From: Acidimicrobiia bacterium
Lineage (GTDB): Bacteria > Actinomycetota > Acidimicrobiia > Spongiisociales > UBA5794
DNA length: 64,000 bases
Reading direction: 5' to 3'
NCBI GenBank assembly: GCA_036985855.1
Contig: BTQL01000007.1
Location: forward strand, 3,060-67,059
Both the position numbers and the translations under genes were made by a program. Shown here piece after piece: positions 45,795 to 54,998 of the stretch (position 1 is the first letter of the stretch; every line of letters begins with the position of its first letter). The notes under the pieces were generated by a model. The model was not told where the DNA came from, made no database searches, and saw only the letters and a program-made list of their open reading frames with translations.

Positions 45795-46898
45795 TCAACC
45801 CCGGCGTCGACCTCCGCCGCGCATACGTCCGACGCCCCGAGACAGAGAAGTTCCGGATCTACGCCGACCGCCACCCGATGAGGACATCATCGAGCCAATC
45901 AGCAACCCCTCCAACATCTCCAACGTGCCGGACGACCGCCGGCTCTGCGGCCTGCGGTACGCGGGCTGCGGAGTCCGAGATGGGGGGACATCGAACGCGT
46001 CGGCGCCAGACGAACGAGAGCCATCGGGGGCCGGCGACGGGGACCTCCGCGCCGGAGGTCGAGGCTCAAGCTTCACGGGTTTCTCCGGGAGCGGCTCTCC
46101 GTCGAGGATGGCGTCTGCGCTGTCAAGGTTCCAGATCGCGATGTCGAGTTCTCCTGCCATCGCCATCAGCTGCGGCACACCCGATGCCTTCTCGTAGTCG
46201 TGGAGCGCTTTTGTGTACGCCGACGCCGCAGCGTCGTAGTGCTCGCGAACCGTTGCATCCTCCGACAGGGCGACCTCTCCCTCGAGGTCGATTATGTCAT
46301 TGGCAACATCATCGAGGCGTTTCTGCACCGCCGCTCTCGCCCTGTCGACCGTGTCCGCTGCACGCTTCTTGGAGGACTGCGCAGCTCTCCAGAAGAGAAA
46401 CACTCCCCCGCCGACGATGACGACCAGGAATACCCAACCCCACCCGAATCCGCCGCCTCCATCCGCCTCTATCCCTCCAATGGACTTGCCGGTGAGGGTC
46501 GAGACGAAGAGCTGCACGACCTCAGTATCCGAGCGACCGCTCAGTGCGGCGTCCGTCGCTGAATCCAGCTGCTCGCGGCTGTAGATGTCACCCTCGGACG
46601 CCCAGCCGACCGTCTCGGGTCCGACGACGAACACCGTGCCGACACCGCCCATCGCACCGAGTGTGTTCTCCGCGAACACGGTTGCACCACCGGAAGGTTC
46701 CGCCGCGAGCACAGCCACAGACAGCGCGCCGCCCGCGAATCGGGCCTCTGCAACAGCGTCGCTGACGGCTCCGGAATCTGCATCTGAACCCGCCTCGATG
46801 AAGTAGCCGTTGGCTTTGAGCACGGGAGCGATCTCAGCCGGTTGAGCAGCAGCGACAAGAAAGACAAGAGCAGTCACTCCGATGGCCAAACGAGTCAT
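45795..46898 (-). CDS. Signal peptide + TPM-like domain + TM + helical cytoplasmic domain with a Gly/Arg-rich tail
   Basis: True start at MTRLAIG (46898); the upstream extension in the ORF track is shadow of the LLM gene. Signal peptide, alpha/beta domain, [22 protein letters not shown], helical region, tail GGGRRRG. Confidence 0.8.
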   Translation of the reverse strand: MTRLAIGVTALVFLVAAAQPAEIAPVLKANGYFIEAGSDADSGAVSDAVAEARFAGGALSVAVLAAEPSGGATVFAENTLGAMGGVGTVFVVGPETVGWASEGDIYSREQLDSATDAALSGRSDTEVVQLFVSTLTGKSIGGIEADGGGGFGWGWVFLVVIVGGGVFLFWRAAQSSKKRAADTVDRARAAVQKRLDDVANDIIDLEGEVALSEDATVREHYDAAASAYTKALHDYEKASGVPQLMAMAGELDIAIWNLDSADAILDGEPLPEKPVKLEPRPPARRSPSPAPDGSRSSGADAFDVPPSRTPQPAYRRPQSRRSSGTLEMLEGLLIGSMMSSSGGGRRRSGTSLSRGVGRMRGGGRRRG

Positions 46899-46976
46899 GG
46901 AGAACACAGTAGCCAGAGAGCCGAGATCACAGATAAGTCGTACCGTCTCATGCGTGGGTGGTACTACGTTTATCCC

Positions 46977-48011
46977 ATGAACCTTGGACTCAACATCGGA
47001 TACTTCGGAACAGCGATCGCGGACGATTTCACGCTCATCTCCACTGCCGAAGACCTCGGCTACGACAGCGTGTGGACCGCCGAGGCCTACGGCGCGGACG
47101 CTCTGACGCCTTTGGCGTGGGTCGCAGCAAAGACCGAACGCATCAAAGTTGGCTCCGCTGTGTTTCAGATGCCAGCGCGCACACCGGGGATGACGGCGAT
47201 GACCGCATCGACCCTGGACATCATGTCGAACGGTCGTTTCTTGCTCGGTCTTGGAGTGTCGGGTCCTCAGGTCGTTGAGGGATGGCACGGCCAACCCTAC
47301 GGCAAACCTCTCGGCGTCACTCGCGAGTACGTCAGCATCCTGCGGAAGATGTTCGCTCGCGACGAGCCCGTCAGCTTTGACGGCACGTATTACCAGCTCC
47401 CGTTCACGGGGGAAGGGGCAACGGGTCTCGGCAAACCGTTGAAATTGATGCATCGCCCCAAGAACCCGAATCTCCCCATCTACATCGCCGCGATCGGCCC
47501 GAAGAACGTGCAACTCACCGCCGAGATCGCCGACGGGTGGCTGCCCGTGTTTCTCTCACCCGAAAGAGTGGACCAGATGTATGGACCTCTGCTCGAAGCG
47601 GGGTTCCGAGAGTCGGGAGAAACGGACAAAGCTGAACGGTTCGACATCGCCCCGACACTGAGTGCGCTCGTGACGGACGACCTCGACAAAGGTCGCCTGT
47701 CGATGAAACCGTTCCTCGCGTTGTACATCGGGGGGATGGGAGCGAAGGGTCGGAATTTCTACAATGACCTCGCATGCCGCTACGGCTATGAGAAGGAGGC
47801 AGAGACGATCCAGGATCTCTATCTCGCCGGCAAGAAGATGGAGGCGACCATGGCGGTTCCCGACGCTCTTGTCGATGAATTGGCCCTTGTCGGTTCGAGA
47901 GACCGCATCGCGGATCGGCTGGATGTCTGGCGGGATGCCGGCGTGACAACGATGATCCTCGGCACCAGCGACGTCCCGACCCTGCGAACGATGGCTGAAC
48001 TGGTTCTGTAG
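46977..48011 (+). CDS. LLM-class F420-dependent oxidoreductase
   Basis: Start re-picked (MNLGLNIGY). [43 protein letters not shown]...AEIADGW. Confidence 0.93.
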   Translation: MNLGLNIGYFGTAIADDFTLISTAEDLGYDSVWTAEAYGADALTPLAWVAAKTERIKVGSAVFQMPARTPGMTAMTASTLDIMSNGRFLLGLGVSGPQVVEGWHGQPYGKPLGVTREYVSILRKMFARDEPVSFDGTYYQLPFTGEGATGLGKPLKLMHRPKNPNLPIYIAAIGPKNVQLTAEIADGWLPVFLSPERVDQMYGPLLEAGFRESGETDKAERFDIAPTLSALVTDDLDKGRLSMKPFLALYIGGMGAKGRNFYNDLACRYGYEKEAETIQDLYLAGKKMEATMAVPDALVDELALVGSRDRIADRLDVWRDAGVTTMILGTSDVPTLRTMAELVL

Positions 48012-48015
48012 CCGG

Positions 48016-50241
48016 CTATCGGTCGTCTGCTGCCGGAAGTGGCACCGCCAGCCGGAACGTTGCACCATCGCCCCGGACATACGTCAGGCTTCCGTCCATG
48101 AGCTGCGCAAGACGTCGAGACAACGCGAGACCAAGTCCCACGGACGCCTTCACCGTCCTCGAACTGCTCGCCCTCTCGTATGGCTCGAAGATCCTCTCCC
48201 GATCTTTGTCAGGAATTCCGGGACCAGAGTCGTGCACGTCGAGGTACCCAAGGTCTTCACTCTGTGCGACCGACACCGTGATCGGTGAGGCACCGTAACG
48301 GAAAGCGTTGGTGAGGAGGTTGCGGATCACCTGGCGTACACGCACAGGATCCGCGAAGGCAACAGAGTCGGCATCCTCGATAACGACATCCCACCCCTCC
48401 GGCACGGTCAGCTGGGCAAGCACTGATTGGGCGAGCAAGGACAGATCGATGCGTTCGGGGAAGACAGGTAGCGTCCCCTCTTCGGATCGTGCAGCAACCA
48501 GCAGATCCTCGATGAGATCGGCCATCTCCCTCGAGGATTCTGCAATGATCTGCATGAGCTGGCCGCGTTCCTCGACTCCCAACTCGTCACCGGCAGTGAT
48601 CAATTCCTCGGCAAGGCCAACTACGGCGGTGAGCGGTGTTCTCAGCTCGTGGCTGACAGAGGCAATGAGTTGGTCCTTGGACGACAAAGAGTGCTCGAGC
48701 CTGGCGCGGTTCTGCGATCGTTCGAAGAACGCGCTCAGAATGTCAGCAATCGCCTGGCAGAAAGCAATGTCACGATCTGACCAGTCCTTCGAACTGTCGT
48801 GACGCGTGAACGACACGGAACCGTACCAAGCACCGCCGACATTGATCGCAACGATGATCTGCCTCGATGGGCCACTCTCACAGAACGCGACCTCGTCACT
48901 TTGTATCGCACGACGTACATCTGGCATCCCGTCATAGAAAATATGCTCGTCGATGCCGTAGGTTCGGCCGACGCCAGGCGTGGACCATGCAGCGGTGACA
49001 CGGGCCGCCGGAGCACCTTGATCCGCGGAGATGGTCTCCGCTACGAACACCTCGTCGACGTCCGCTGCTGTTCCGATCGCCTCGAGGGCGGATGAGAGAT
49101 CGGTCGACCGCTCACCGAGCAGTGCGCGAGAAGACTTGGCCATTGCCTCTTCGTACCTGAGCCTTCCATCGAGGCTCCCGATGAGTGATTCCCGGACGCG
49201 TGAACCCTCAGCGCGTTCCCAAACCGCCGCGGTCAGATCCGCCATAGTCCTGAGAAGAACGAGATCGTCGGTCTGCCATGCTCGATCTGGCTCATCGTCT
49301 GCCGCACCGATGACCCCAACCCACGAGCCGTTGACGACAATCGGAACGTCTACCTCCATGTGAATACCCGAATCGCCTCCCCTGTCGAACGGCGTACCAC
49401 GAGCTTCTTCAACGCGGTAGAAGAATGGAGCACCTCCCTCGAGGTGCGCCCTGGCCCCTGGCATCACGGACCAAGGCATCACTGCGGTCCGGTCGAAAGA
49501 TGGGTGTGCGTGGCGAGGGTCTACCGAGCGCTCCTCGACAATGGCGCAAAGGCCATGTGTCGGATCGTCGACGTTGCGCTCGACGAATACGACTGCTGTG
49601 TGCATTGCATTCCTGATGGCATCGAGCGCGTTCGCCATCGCGCCCACGTCGTCCTGGGCAACGAGCGCTCGCGATGCGGCTGAGACTGCGTCGGCGACTT
49701 CAACCTTGCGACCGAACGTGCGATCATCTCTCCTCTTTTCCCTCACGAAGTCTCGTGCGATACCAAGCATCGAAAGCCCGAATACGGCGACGATCACGAT
49801 GCCGGCCACGATCGACCGCTGGACAGACTGATCCTGCAATCCGAACACATCGGAAAGGAACGAGGCGACGAACCCGACAACGACTGCCAAAAGTCCAACG
49901 ACCCATGCCCTGGACGAGTCACCAAGGACGGCAATGACCAGGAGGAAATACGCGACGACTGCGCCGACGGCTGTTCCAGGTGCCCCGATTGCGAGCATCG
50001 CTGTTCCCGTGAACAGAATGTCGACAACGATCGTCGGAGACGACCTCAACCGCTTGTTCTTGAGCGCAAGAGAGGCGTCAATTGCCATCCCGACACCCAT
50101 TGCTGCGATCAGGTACATCGCCGGCCACTCAAGCATGATGGCGGCTGAGAGTCCGACGAGCGCGGCGATGGACCCCATCAACCTTCGATAACTGTGCCAC
50201 CGGTGCGTGACAGCCGCCCGTTTCGGTCCGGGTTCTGACAT
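48016..50241 (-). CDS. Membrane sensor histidine kinase with two GAF-like domains (orphan)
   Basis: About 5 TMs; two GAF-like repeats (VPIVV.G.WVGVIGA, I.VGG.WYGSVSF); SHELRTPLT, NLLTNA, DSGPGI, GLGLAL boxes. Start uncertain (50178-50313). Confidence 0.92.
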   Translation of the reverse strand: MSEPGPKRAAVTHRWHSYRRLMGSIAALVGLSAAIMLEWPAMYLIAAMGVGMAIDASLALKNKRLRSSPTIVVDILFTGTAMLAIGAPGTAVGAVVAYFLLVIAVLGDSSRAWVVGLLAVVVGFVASFLSDVFGLQDQSVQRSIVAGIVIVAVFGLSMLGIARDFVREKRRDDRTFGRKVEVADAVSAASRALVAQDDVGAMANALDAIRNAMHTAVVFVERNVDDPTHGLCAIVEERSVDPRHAHPSFDRTAVMPWSVMPGARAHLEGGAPFFYRVEEARGTPFDRGGDSGIHMEVDVPIVVNGSWVGVIGAADDEPDRAWQTDDLVLLRTMADLTAAVWERAEGSRVRESLIGSLDGRLRYEEAMAKSSRALLGERSTDLSSALEAIGTAADVDEVFVAETISADQGAPAARVTAAWSTPGVGRTYGIDEHIFYDGMPDVRRAIQSDEVAFCESGPSRQIIVAINVGGAWYGSVSFTRHDSSKDWSDRDIAFCQAIADILSAFFERSQNRARLEHSLSSKDQLIASVSHELRTPLTAVVGLAEELITAGDELGVEERGQLMQIIAESSREMADLIEDLLVAARSEEGTLPVFPERIDLSLLAQSVLAQLTVPEGWDVVIEDADSVAFADPVRVRQVIRNLLTNAFRYGASPITVSVAQSEDLGYLDVHDSGPGIPDKDRERIFEPYERASSSRTVKASVGLGLALSRRLAQLMDGSLTYVRGDGATFRLAVPLPAADDR

Positions 50242-50339
50242 CTGTTGAACATGTGTGCGCGGAAGCGTCGCGGTCACGTGGTATCCGTCGGTCGCTGAGC
50301 ACTGTATCGGCACACGGCGACCCGGCGTTTAGACATCTA

Positions 50340-51560
50340 TCAGCCCCACTCAACGAAGGCAGTGGCCCAAACGGGGACACAGCCTTCGATGGTGCAACGA
50401 TCGCGCAGCTCCCGATCGTTGGTTATGACAATCGTTCGCCCTCGTTCAGTGCGAACGAGGTCGGCGATCACATCGTCGGCCTCGTCACCTCGGGAGAAGC
50501 GGACGGAGACCCCGGCGGTGGACTGGAACCCTGTGCTTCCATCCGCGTCGGGACCGTCGAACACGACGAGAATCTCCGCAGTCGTGCTCCTCGCCAATCT
50601 TCCGGCACGACCGACCACATCGTCCCTGGCATCCCTGGTCGAGAACCGCTCTCCGTGGATCGCTCCCGCGACGTTGTATCCGTCGATGACGATCCTGGTT
50701 GGAGACTGCTCGATCAGAGATGCGAGAGCTGGTCCGGAGTCGGGAGCAACACCCGGCGGTACGCGCAGCGGAAGGCTTTCGGCAGGCACGTGTTCGACTC
50801 CAGACCTGGCACGGAACGGTCTGGCGTTGCGCTCGATCACATCAAGCCATCGAGCGAATTCGAGAGGATCAGCCGGAGTCGTGTCTGCTCTCAGAGCGCG
50901 TCCATTCGAGATGTTCGCCTCCGATCGCCTGCGGACCCGTACTGTTGCCGCTTCAAGCCTGGTACCTATCTCGCTCACATCACTGTGCAAACCTGCGACC
51001 TTCTCGGTGAGCGAACGGATCTCCGACCGTTGCACTTCAACGATCTCGCGCAGCTCGCCATTTCTCGCTTTGATGCGCTTCTGTCCATCCGACAAAGACT
51101 TGCGAGTTTCGCGAAGTTCCCTGGTGTGTTCGGAACGAGTGTCGGCCAACCTTCGTTTCGCCTCAGCGAGCTGGTCGTTGAGGATGGCAATCTGCTGGTT
51201 GGCCGACACCAGGTCATTGTCGGCAGCGAGCTCATTCTCCCTGTGAACCCGTCCGGCGATCGTTTCAAGTCCAACCACCGGGTCATCCAGGAACGTAACC
51301 AGATCAGCGTCGATCGACACCAGGGACTCGAGCCTGACCCTGGTAGCATCACGGAGCGGCTCATTGTCGATCAGTTCTTGGACAACCGACCTTGCAAAGG
51401 GAGGTGGAAGCGAGCGGGCAGAGCTCTTGGCTACTTTCCGAAGACCCGCAGGAATGTCATCAGGCTCCATGTCTGCAAGTTCTCTGCGCGTCGATTCAAT
51501 CACCGGAAGGAGAAAGTCGAGGGTGGGTTTGTCCCAGGTCACCTGGTTGTTGTGTGACAT
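50340..51560 (-). CDS. NYN (YacP/Rae1-like) ribonuclease domain protein with a long coiled coil
   Basis: IVIDGYNV, LVVFDG, ADDVI, VITNDREL; central heptad region. Start re-picked at MSHNNQ. Confidence 0.88.
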   Translation of the reverse strand: MSHNNQVTWDKPTLDFLLPVIESTRRELADMEPDDIPAGLRKVAKSSARSLPPPFARSVVQELIDNEPLRDATRVRLESLVSIDADLVTFLDDPVVGLETIAGRVHRENELAADNDLVSANQQIAILNDQLAEAKRRLADTRSEHTRELRETRKSLSDGQKRIKARNGELREIVEVQRSEIRSLTEKVAGLHSDVSEIGTRLEAATVRVRRRSEANISNGRALRADTTPADPLEFARWLDVIERNARPFRARSGVEHVPAESLPLRVPPGVAPDSGPALASLIEQSPTRIVIDGYNVAGAIHGERFSTRDARDDVVGRAGRLARSTTAEILVVFDGPDADGSTGFQSTAGVSVRFSRGDEADDVIADLVRTERGRTIVITNDRELRDRCTIEGCVPVWATAFVEWG

Positions 51561-51575
51561 ATCCGATCCGTCATT

Positions 51576-51603
51576 TTGACATGCGTTTTCACAGTGCCAT
51601 ACT
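51576..51603 (+). promoter_or_regulatory. Promoter of the ilv leader/operon
   Basis: TTGACA (51576-81), N16, TG-extended CATACT (51598-603). Confidence 0.6.
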
Positions 51604-51638
51604 CGCAGGCCACGCCAACAAGCGGAGCAACGGACATC

Positions 51639-51677
51639 ATGACGAACCGATACGAACTGGTACTCATTCTTATATAG
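51639..51677 (+). CDS. ilvB leader peptide MTNRYELVLILI
   Basis: 12-codon ORF ending in six consecutive Leu/Val/Ile codons (CTG GTA CTC ATT CTT ATA), upstream of ilvB; not in the ORF track. Confidence 0.85.
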   Translation: MTNRYELVLILI

Positions 51678-51728
51678 GCGCATTGGACCCCTGATGCGCC
51701 AAACCCTCCGTGTCCCGGAGGGTTCTTT
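51677..51728 (+). terminator. Attenuator hairpins upstream of ilvB
   Basis: GGCGCAT/ATGCGCC stem (51677-51700), then AACCCTCCG-tgtcc-CGGAGGGTT followed by CTTT (51702-51728). Confidence 0.8.
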
Positions 51729-51745
51729 CGTACCCGGAGAACACC

Positions 51746-53461
51746 ATGGCAGAACAACTCAGCGGAGCAGCGATCCTCATCCGATCCCTCGAACACGAGG
51801 GCGTCGAGATGATCTTCGGCGTCCCGGGTGGGGCGATCCTCAAGGCATACGATGAGCTGTACTCGAGCCCGATTCGACACATCTTGGCGAGACACGAACA
51901 GGGCGGAGGTCACATGGCCTCGGGATACGCCCATGCCACCGGACGTGTGGGTGTGACTTTTGCCACATCTGGACCCGGAGCTACGAACCTGATCACACCG
52001 CTCGCCGACGCCTATATGGATTCGATTCCTGTCGTAGCAGTCACCGCGCAAGTCGGCTCGAGCTCGATCGGACTCGACGCATTCCAGGAGACCCACACAT
52101 GGGGTATCTCGATGCCCGTGACCAAACACAACTACCTCGTCACCGACATCGACGAGATCCCGACGACCATCAGGGAGGCATTCCATATTGCCTCCACAGG
52201 GCGTCCCGGACCAGTGCTCGTCGACATCACCAAGGACGCACTTGCAGACTCTATGGCGTGGCACGGTCCGGCTGAGATCAATCTGCCAGGTTATAGACCG
52301 TCTGTGAAGGGACACCCCCGTCAGGTGAGAGCCGCGATGGATGAGATTCTCAAATCTGAACGACCGGTTCTGTACGCCGGGGGTGGCATCATCCGTTCTC
52401 AGGCGAGCGAACAGCTTCGAGCATTTGCCGAACAGCAGAACCTGCCCGTAGTGACGACGCTCATGGCCCGCGGGGCTATTCCGGACTCCCATCCGCTGAC
52501 ACTTGGAATGTCTGGCATGCACGGCAACTACACGGCGACAACCGCGATCCAGCGATCTGATCTGCTCATCACCATCGGCGCCAGATTCGATGACAGGGTG
52601 ACGGGCAATCCCGAGTTCTTCGCTCCACGTGCTCGCGTTATCCATGTCGATGTCGATCCGGCAGAGATCGGCAAGATCCGTAGGGCCGATATCCCGATCG
52701 TCGGGGACGCAAAGGCTGTGCTCGAACAGTTCCTCACCGACGGTGCCGAGCGCCTCGCAACCGGTCCAGCGCCCGATCGCAGCAAGTGGCTCGGGACACT
52801 TACAGAGTGGCAAAACGATTTTCCGCTTGCCTATGTCCAGGATCCCGATGGACTCATACAACAGCAGTATGTGATAGACGAACTCTCGAAACGGACGCCC
52901 CAGGACACGATCGCCGTTGCCGGCGTTGGCCAGCATCAGATGTGGGCTTCTCAGTTCTGGCGGTTCGAGGAACCGAACACCTGGATCAACTCGGGAGGCC
53001 TCGGAACCATGGGTTATGCGGTGCCGGCCGCGGTGGGTGCTCAAGCCGCGATGCCCGACAGGACCGTCATCGCCATCGATGGCGACGGATGTTTCCAGAT
53101 GACCTTCCAGGAACTGATAACCGCGGCCGAAGAGAACATCCCAGTCAAGATCGCCGTGCTGAACAACGCGAACCTCGGAATGGTCCGCCAATGGCAGAAG
53201 CTTTTCTACGACGACCGGTATTCGGCGACGGAGTTGTCCTACACGAATCCGAATATCCCGATGCTCGCAGAGGCTCTGGGATGCGCAGGGTTCCGCGCAG
53301 AAACGCCAGAGGACGTCATCCCAACGATCGAAAAGGGTCTTGCAATCAACGATCGGCCCGTTGTGATGGAATTCGTGTGCGACCCCGATGCCATGGTCTT
53401 CCCCATGGTCGTTGCCGGCGGATCGAACGATGAGGTTCTCATGGGTCCGGAGGATCTCTGA
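51746..53461 (+). CDS. ilvB: Acetolactate synthase large subunit
   Basis: FGVPGGA, RHEQGGG, SGPGATN, GVGQHQMW, SGGLGTMG, IDGDG.FQM ThDP motif. Confidence 0.98.
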   Translation: MAEQLSGAAILIRSLEHEGVEMIFGVPGGAILKAYDELYSSPIRHILARHEQGGGHMASGYAHATGRVGVTFATSGPGATNLITPLADAYMDSIPVVAVTAQVGSSSIGLDAFQETHTWGISMPVTKHNYLVTDIDEIPTTIREAFHIASTGRPGPVLVDITKDALADSMAWHGPAEINLPGYRPSVKGHPRQVRAAMDEILKSERPVLYAGGGIIRSQASEQLRAFAEQQNLPVVTTLMARGAIPDSHPLTLGMSGMHGNYTATTAIQRSDLLITIGARFDDRVTGNPEFFAPRARVIHVDVDPAEIGKIRRADIPIVGDAKAVLEQFLTDGAERLATGPAPDRSKWLGTLTEWQNDFPLAYVQDPDGLIQQQYVIDELSKRTPQDTIAVAGVGQHQMWASQFWRFEEPNTWINSGGLGTMGYAVPAAVGAQAAMPDRTVIAIDGDGCFQMTFQELITAAEENIPVKIAVLNNANLGMVRQWQKLFYDDRYSATELSYTNPNIPMLAEALGCAGFRAETPEDVIPTIEKGLAINDRPVVMEFVCDPDAMVFPMVVAGGSNDEVLMGPEDL

Positions 53462-53973
53462 TGCCAAAGTCACAGCACCTCATCACCGTGACGGTCGAGA
53501 ACAAACCTGGTGTACTCGCAAGGATCGCATCGATGTTCGCCAGGCGGGATTTCAACATCCACTCCCTCGCTGTTGGACCAACCGAGGATCCGACCAGATC
53601 GCGAGTCACGATGGTCGTCGACGGTCCCGAGATGGAGCAGATCGTGAAACAGCTCTACAAGCTCGTCCACACGATCAAGGTCACAGAACACGCGCAAGGC
53701 GAAGCCATCGAACGCGAGATCATGCTCGTCCGTGTCAACGCAGACCCGAAGCGGCGCAGTGAGATTCTCGATGCAGCCAACATCTTCGATGCGACCGCTG
53801 TCGACGTCGGAGCGAACACGATCACCTTCGAGGTCGTCGGCGAGCCATCACGGCTGTCGGATTTCTTCGAGTTCATGAAGACGTATGGCATCGTGAGCCT
53901 CGTCAAGTCGGGGCGGATCGCTCTCGCCAAAGACAACAAGTCGCAGTCGAAGAAGAACAGACAAGCGGTGTAG
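53461..53973 (+). CDS. ilvN: Acetolactate synthase small subunit
   Basis: [14 protein letters not shown] domain, [14 protein letters not shown]. Confidence 0.97.
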   Translation: MPKSQHLITVTVENKPGVLARIASMFARRDFNIHSLAVGPTEDPTRSRVTMVVDGPEMEQIVKQLYKLVHTIKVTEHAQGEAIEREIMLVRVNADPKRRSEILDAANIFDATAVDVGANTITFEVVGEPSRLSDFFEFMKTYGIVSLVKSGRIALAKDNKSQSKKNRQAV

Positions 53974-53984
53974 GAGCCAGACAC

Positions 53985-54998
53985 ATGACAACGATGTACT
54001 ACCAAGCCGATGCAGACCCAGGCCTGATCACGCGCCGCAAGGTTGCGATCATTGGATTCGGAAGCCAGGGACATGCACACGCTCTCAACCTCAAGGACTC
54101 GGGCGTCGATGTGGTGGTCGGTCTCCGCGACGGCTCGCCGAGGGTCAAGGCAGCGTCAGATGCCGGACTGAAGGTCGTCGATCCTGGGACAGCCGCCGAG
54201 TGGGCCGACCTCATCATGGTGCTCGTGCCAGACCAGGTACAGAAGGGGTTCTATGAGAATGTCATCGCTCCGAGGCTCTCCCCCGGCGACGCGCTCTTCT
54301 TCGCCCATGGATTCTCCATCCACTTCGAATTCATCAAACCACCCGACTACGTCGATGTTGCGATGGTTGCTCCGAAGGGGCCGGGCCACCTCGTTCGACG
54401 CCAATACGTCGAAGGCTCAGGTGTCCCAACGCTTATCGCTGTCAAGCAAGACGCCACAGGCGACGCCTTCGCCCTCGCGCTCTCCTATGCCCACGGGATC
54501 GGAGGAACGAGGGCAGGCGTCATCGAAACAACATTCAAAGACGAGACAGAGACCGACCTGTTCGGTGAGCAGGTAATCCTGTGCGGCGGCGTCGATTCGC
54601 TGATTCAGGCATCATTCGAAACACTGACCGAGGCCGGCTACGAACCGGAGATGGCCTATTTCGAAGTTCTGCACGAGCTCAAGCTGATCGTCGATCTTCT
54701 CTGGGAAGGGGGGATCGAGTGGATGCGCCATTCCGTGTCGGACACGGCCGAGTACGGAGACGTGACCCGCGGTCCTCGCATCGTCACGAGCGAGACAAAG
54801 GTCGAGATGCGCAAGATCCTCGCCGAAATCCAGTCGGGTGACTTCGCCAGGGAATGGATGGCCGAATATGAGGCTGGTTCCCCGAACCTCAATGCGGCCA
54901 GGGCGGCGATCGCCGAACATCCCGTCGAGACAACCGGCAGAGGCCTCCGCGACATGATGACCTTCATGGTCCCGAAAACTCCCGAGGATGACGTATGA
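53985..54998 (+). CDS. ilvC: Ketol-acid reductoisomerase
   Basis: [45 protein letters not shown]. Confidence 0.98.
   Translation: MTTMYYQADADPGLITRRKVAIIGFGSQGHAHALNLKDSGVDVVVGLRDGSPRVKAASDAGLKVVDPGTAAEWADLIMVLVPDQVQKGFYENVIAPRLSPGDALFFAHGFSIHFEFIKPPDYVDVAMVAPKGPGHLVRRQYVEGSGVPTLIAVKQDATGDAFALALSYAHGIGGTRAGVIETTFKDETETDLFGEQVILCGGVDSLIQASFETLTEAGYEPEMAYFEVLHELKLIVDLLWEGGIEWMRHSVSDTAEYGDVTRGPRIVTSETKVEMRKILAEIQSGDFAREWMAEYEAGSPNLNAARAAIAEHPVETTGRGLRDMMTFMVPKTPEDDV

Noticed and set aside
46899-47513. N-terminal 205-aa extension of the 572-aa ORF
   Set aside because: Overlaps the clearly real LLM gene on the opposite strand; the signal peptide starts at 46898.
51539-53473. 644-aa minus-strand ORF
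   Set aside because: Exact antisense of ilvB; stop-poor because of codon bias, with no protein-like motifs.
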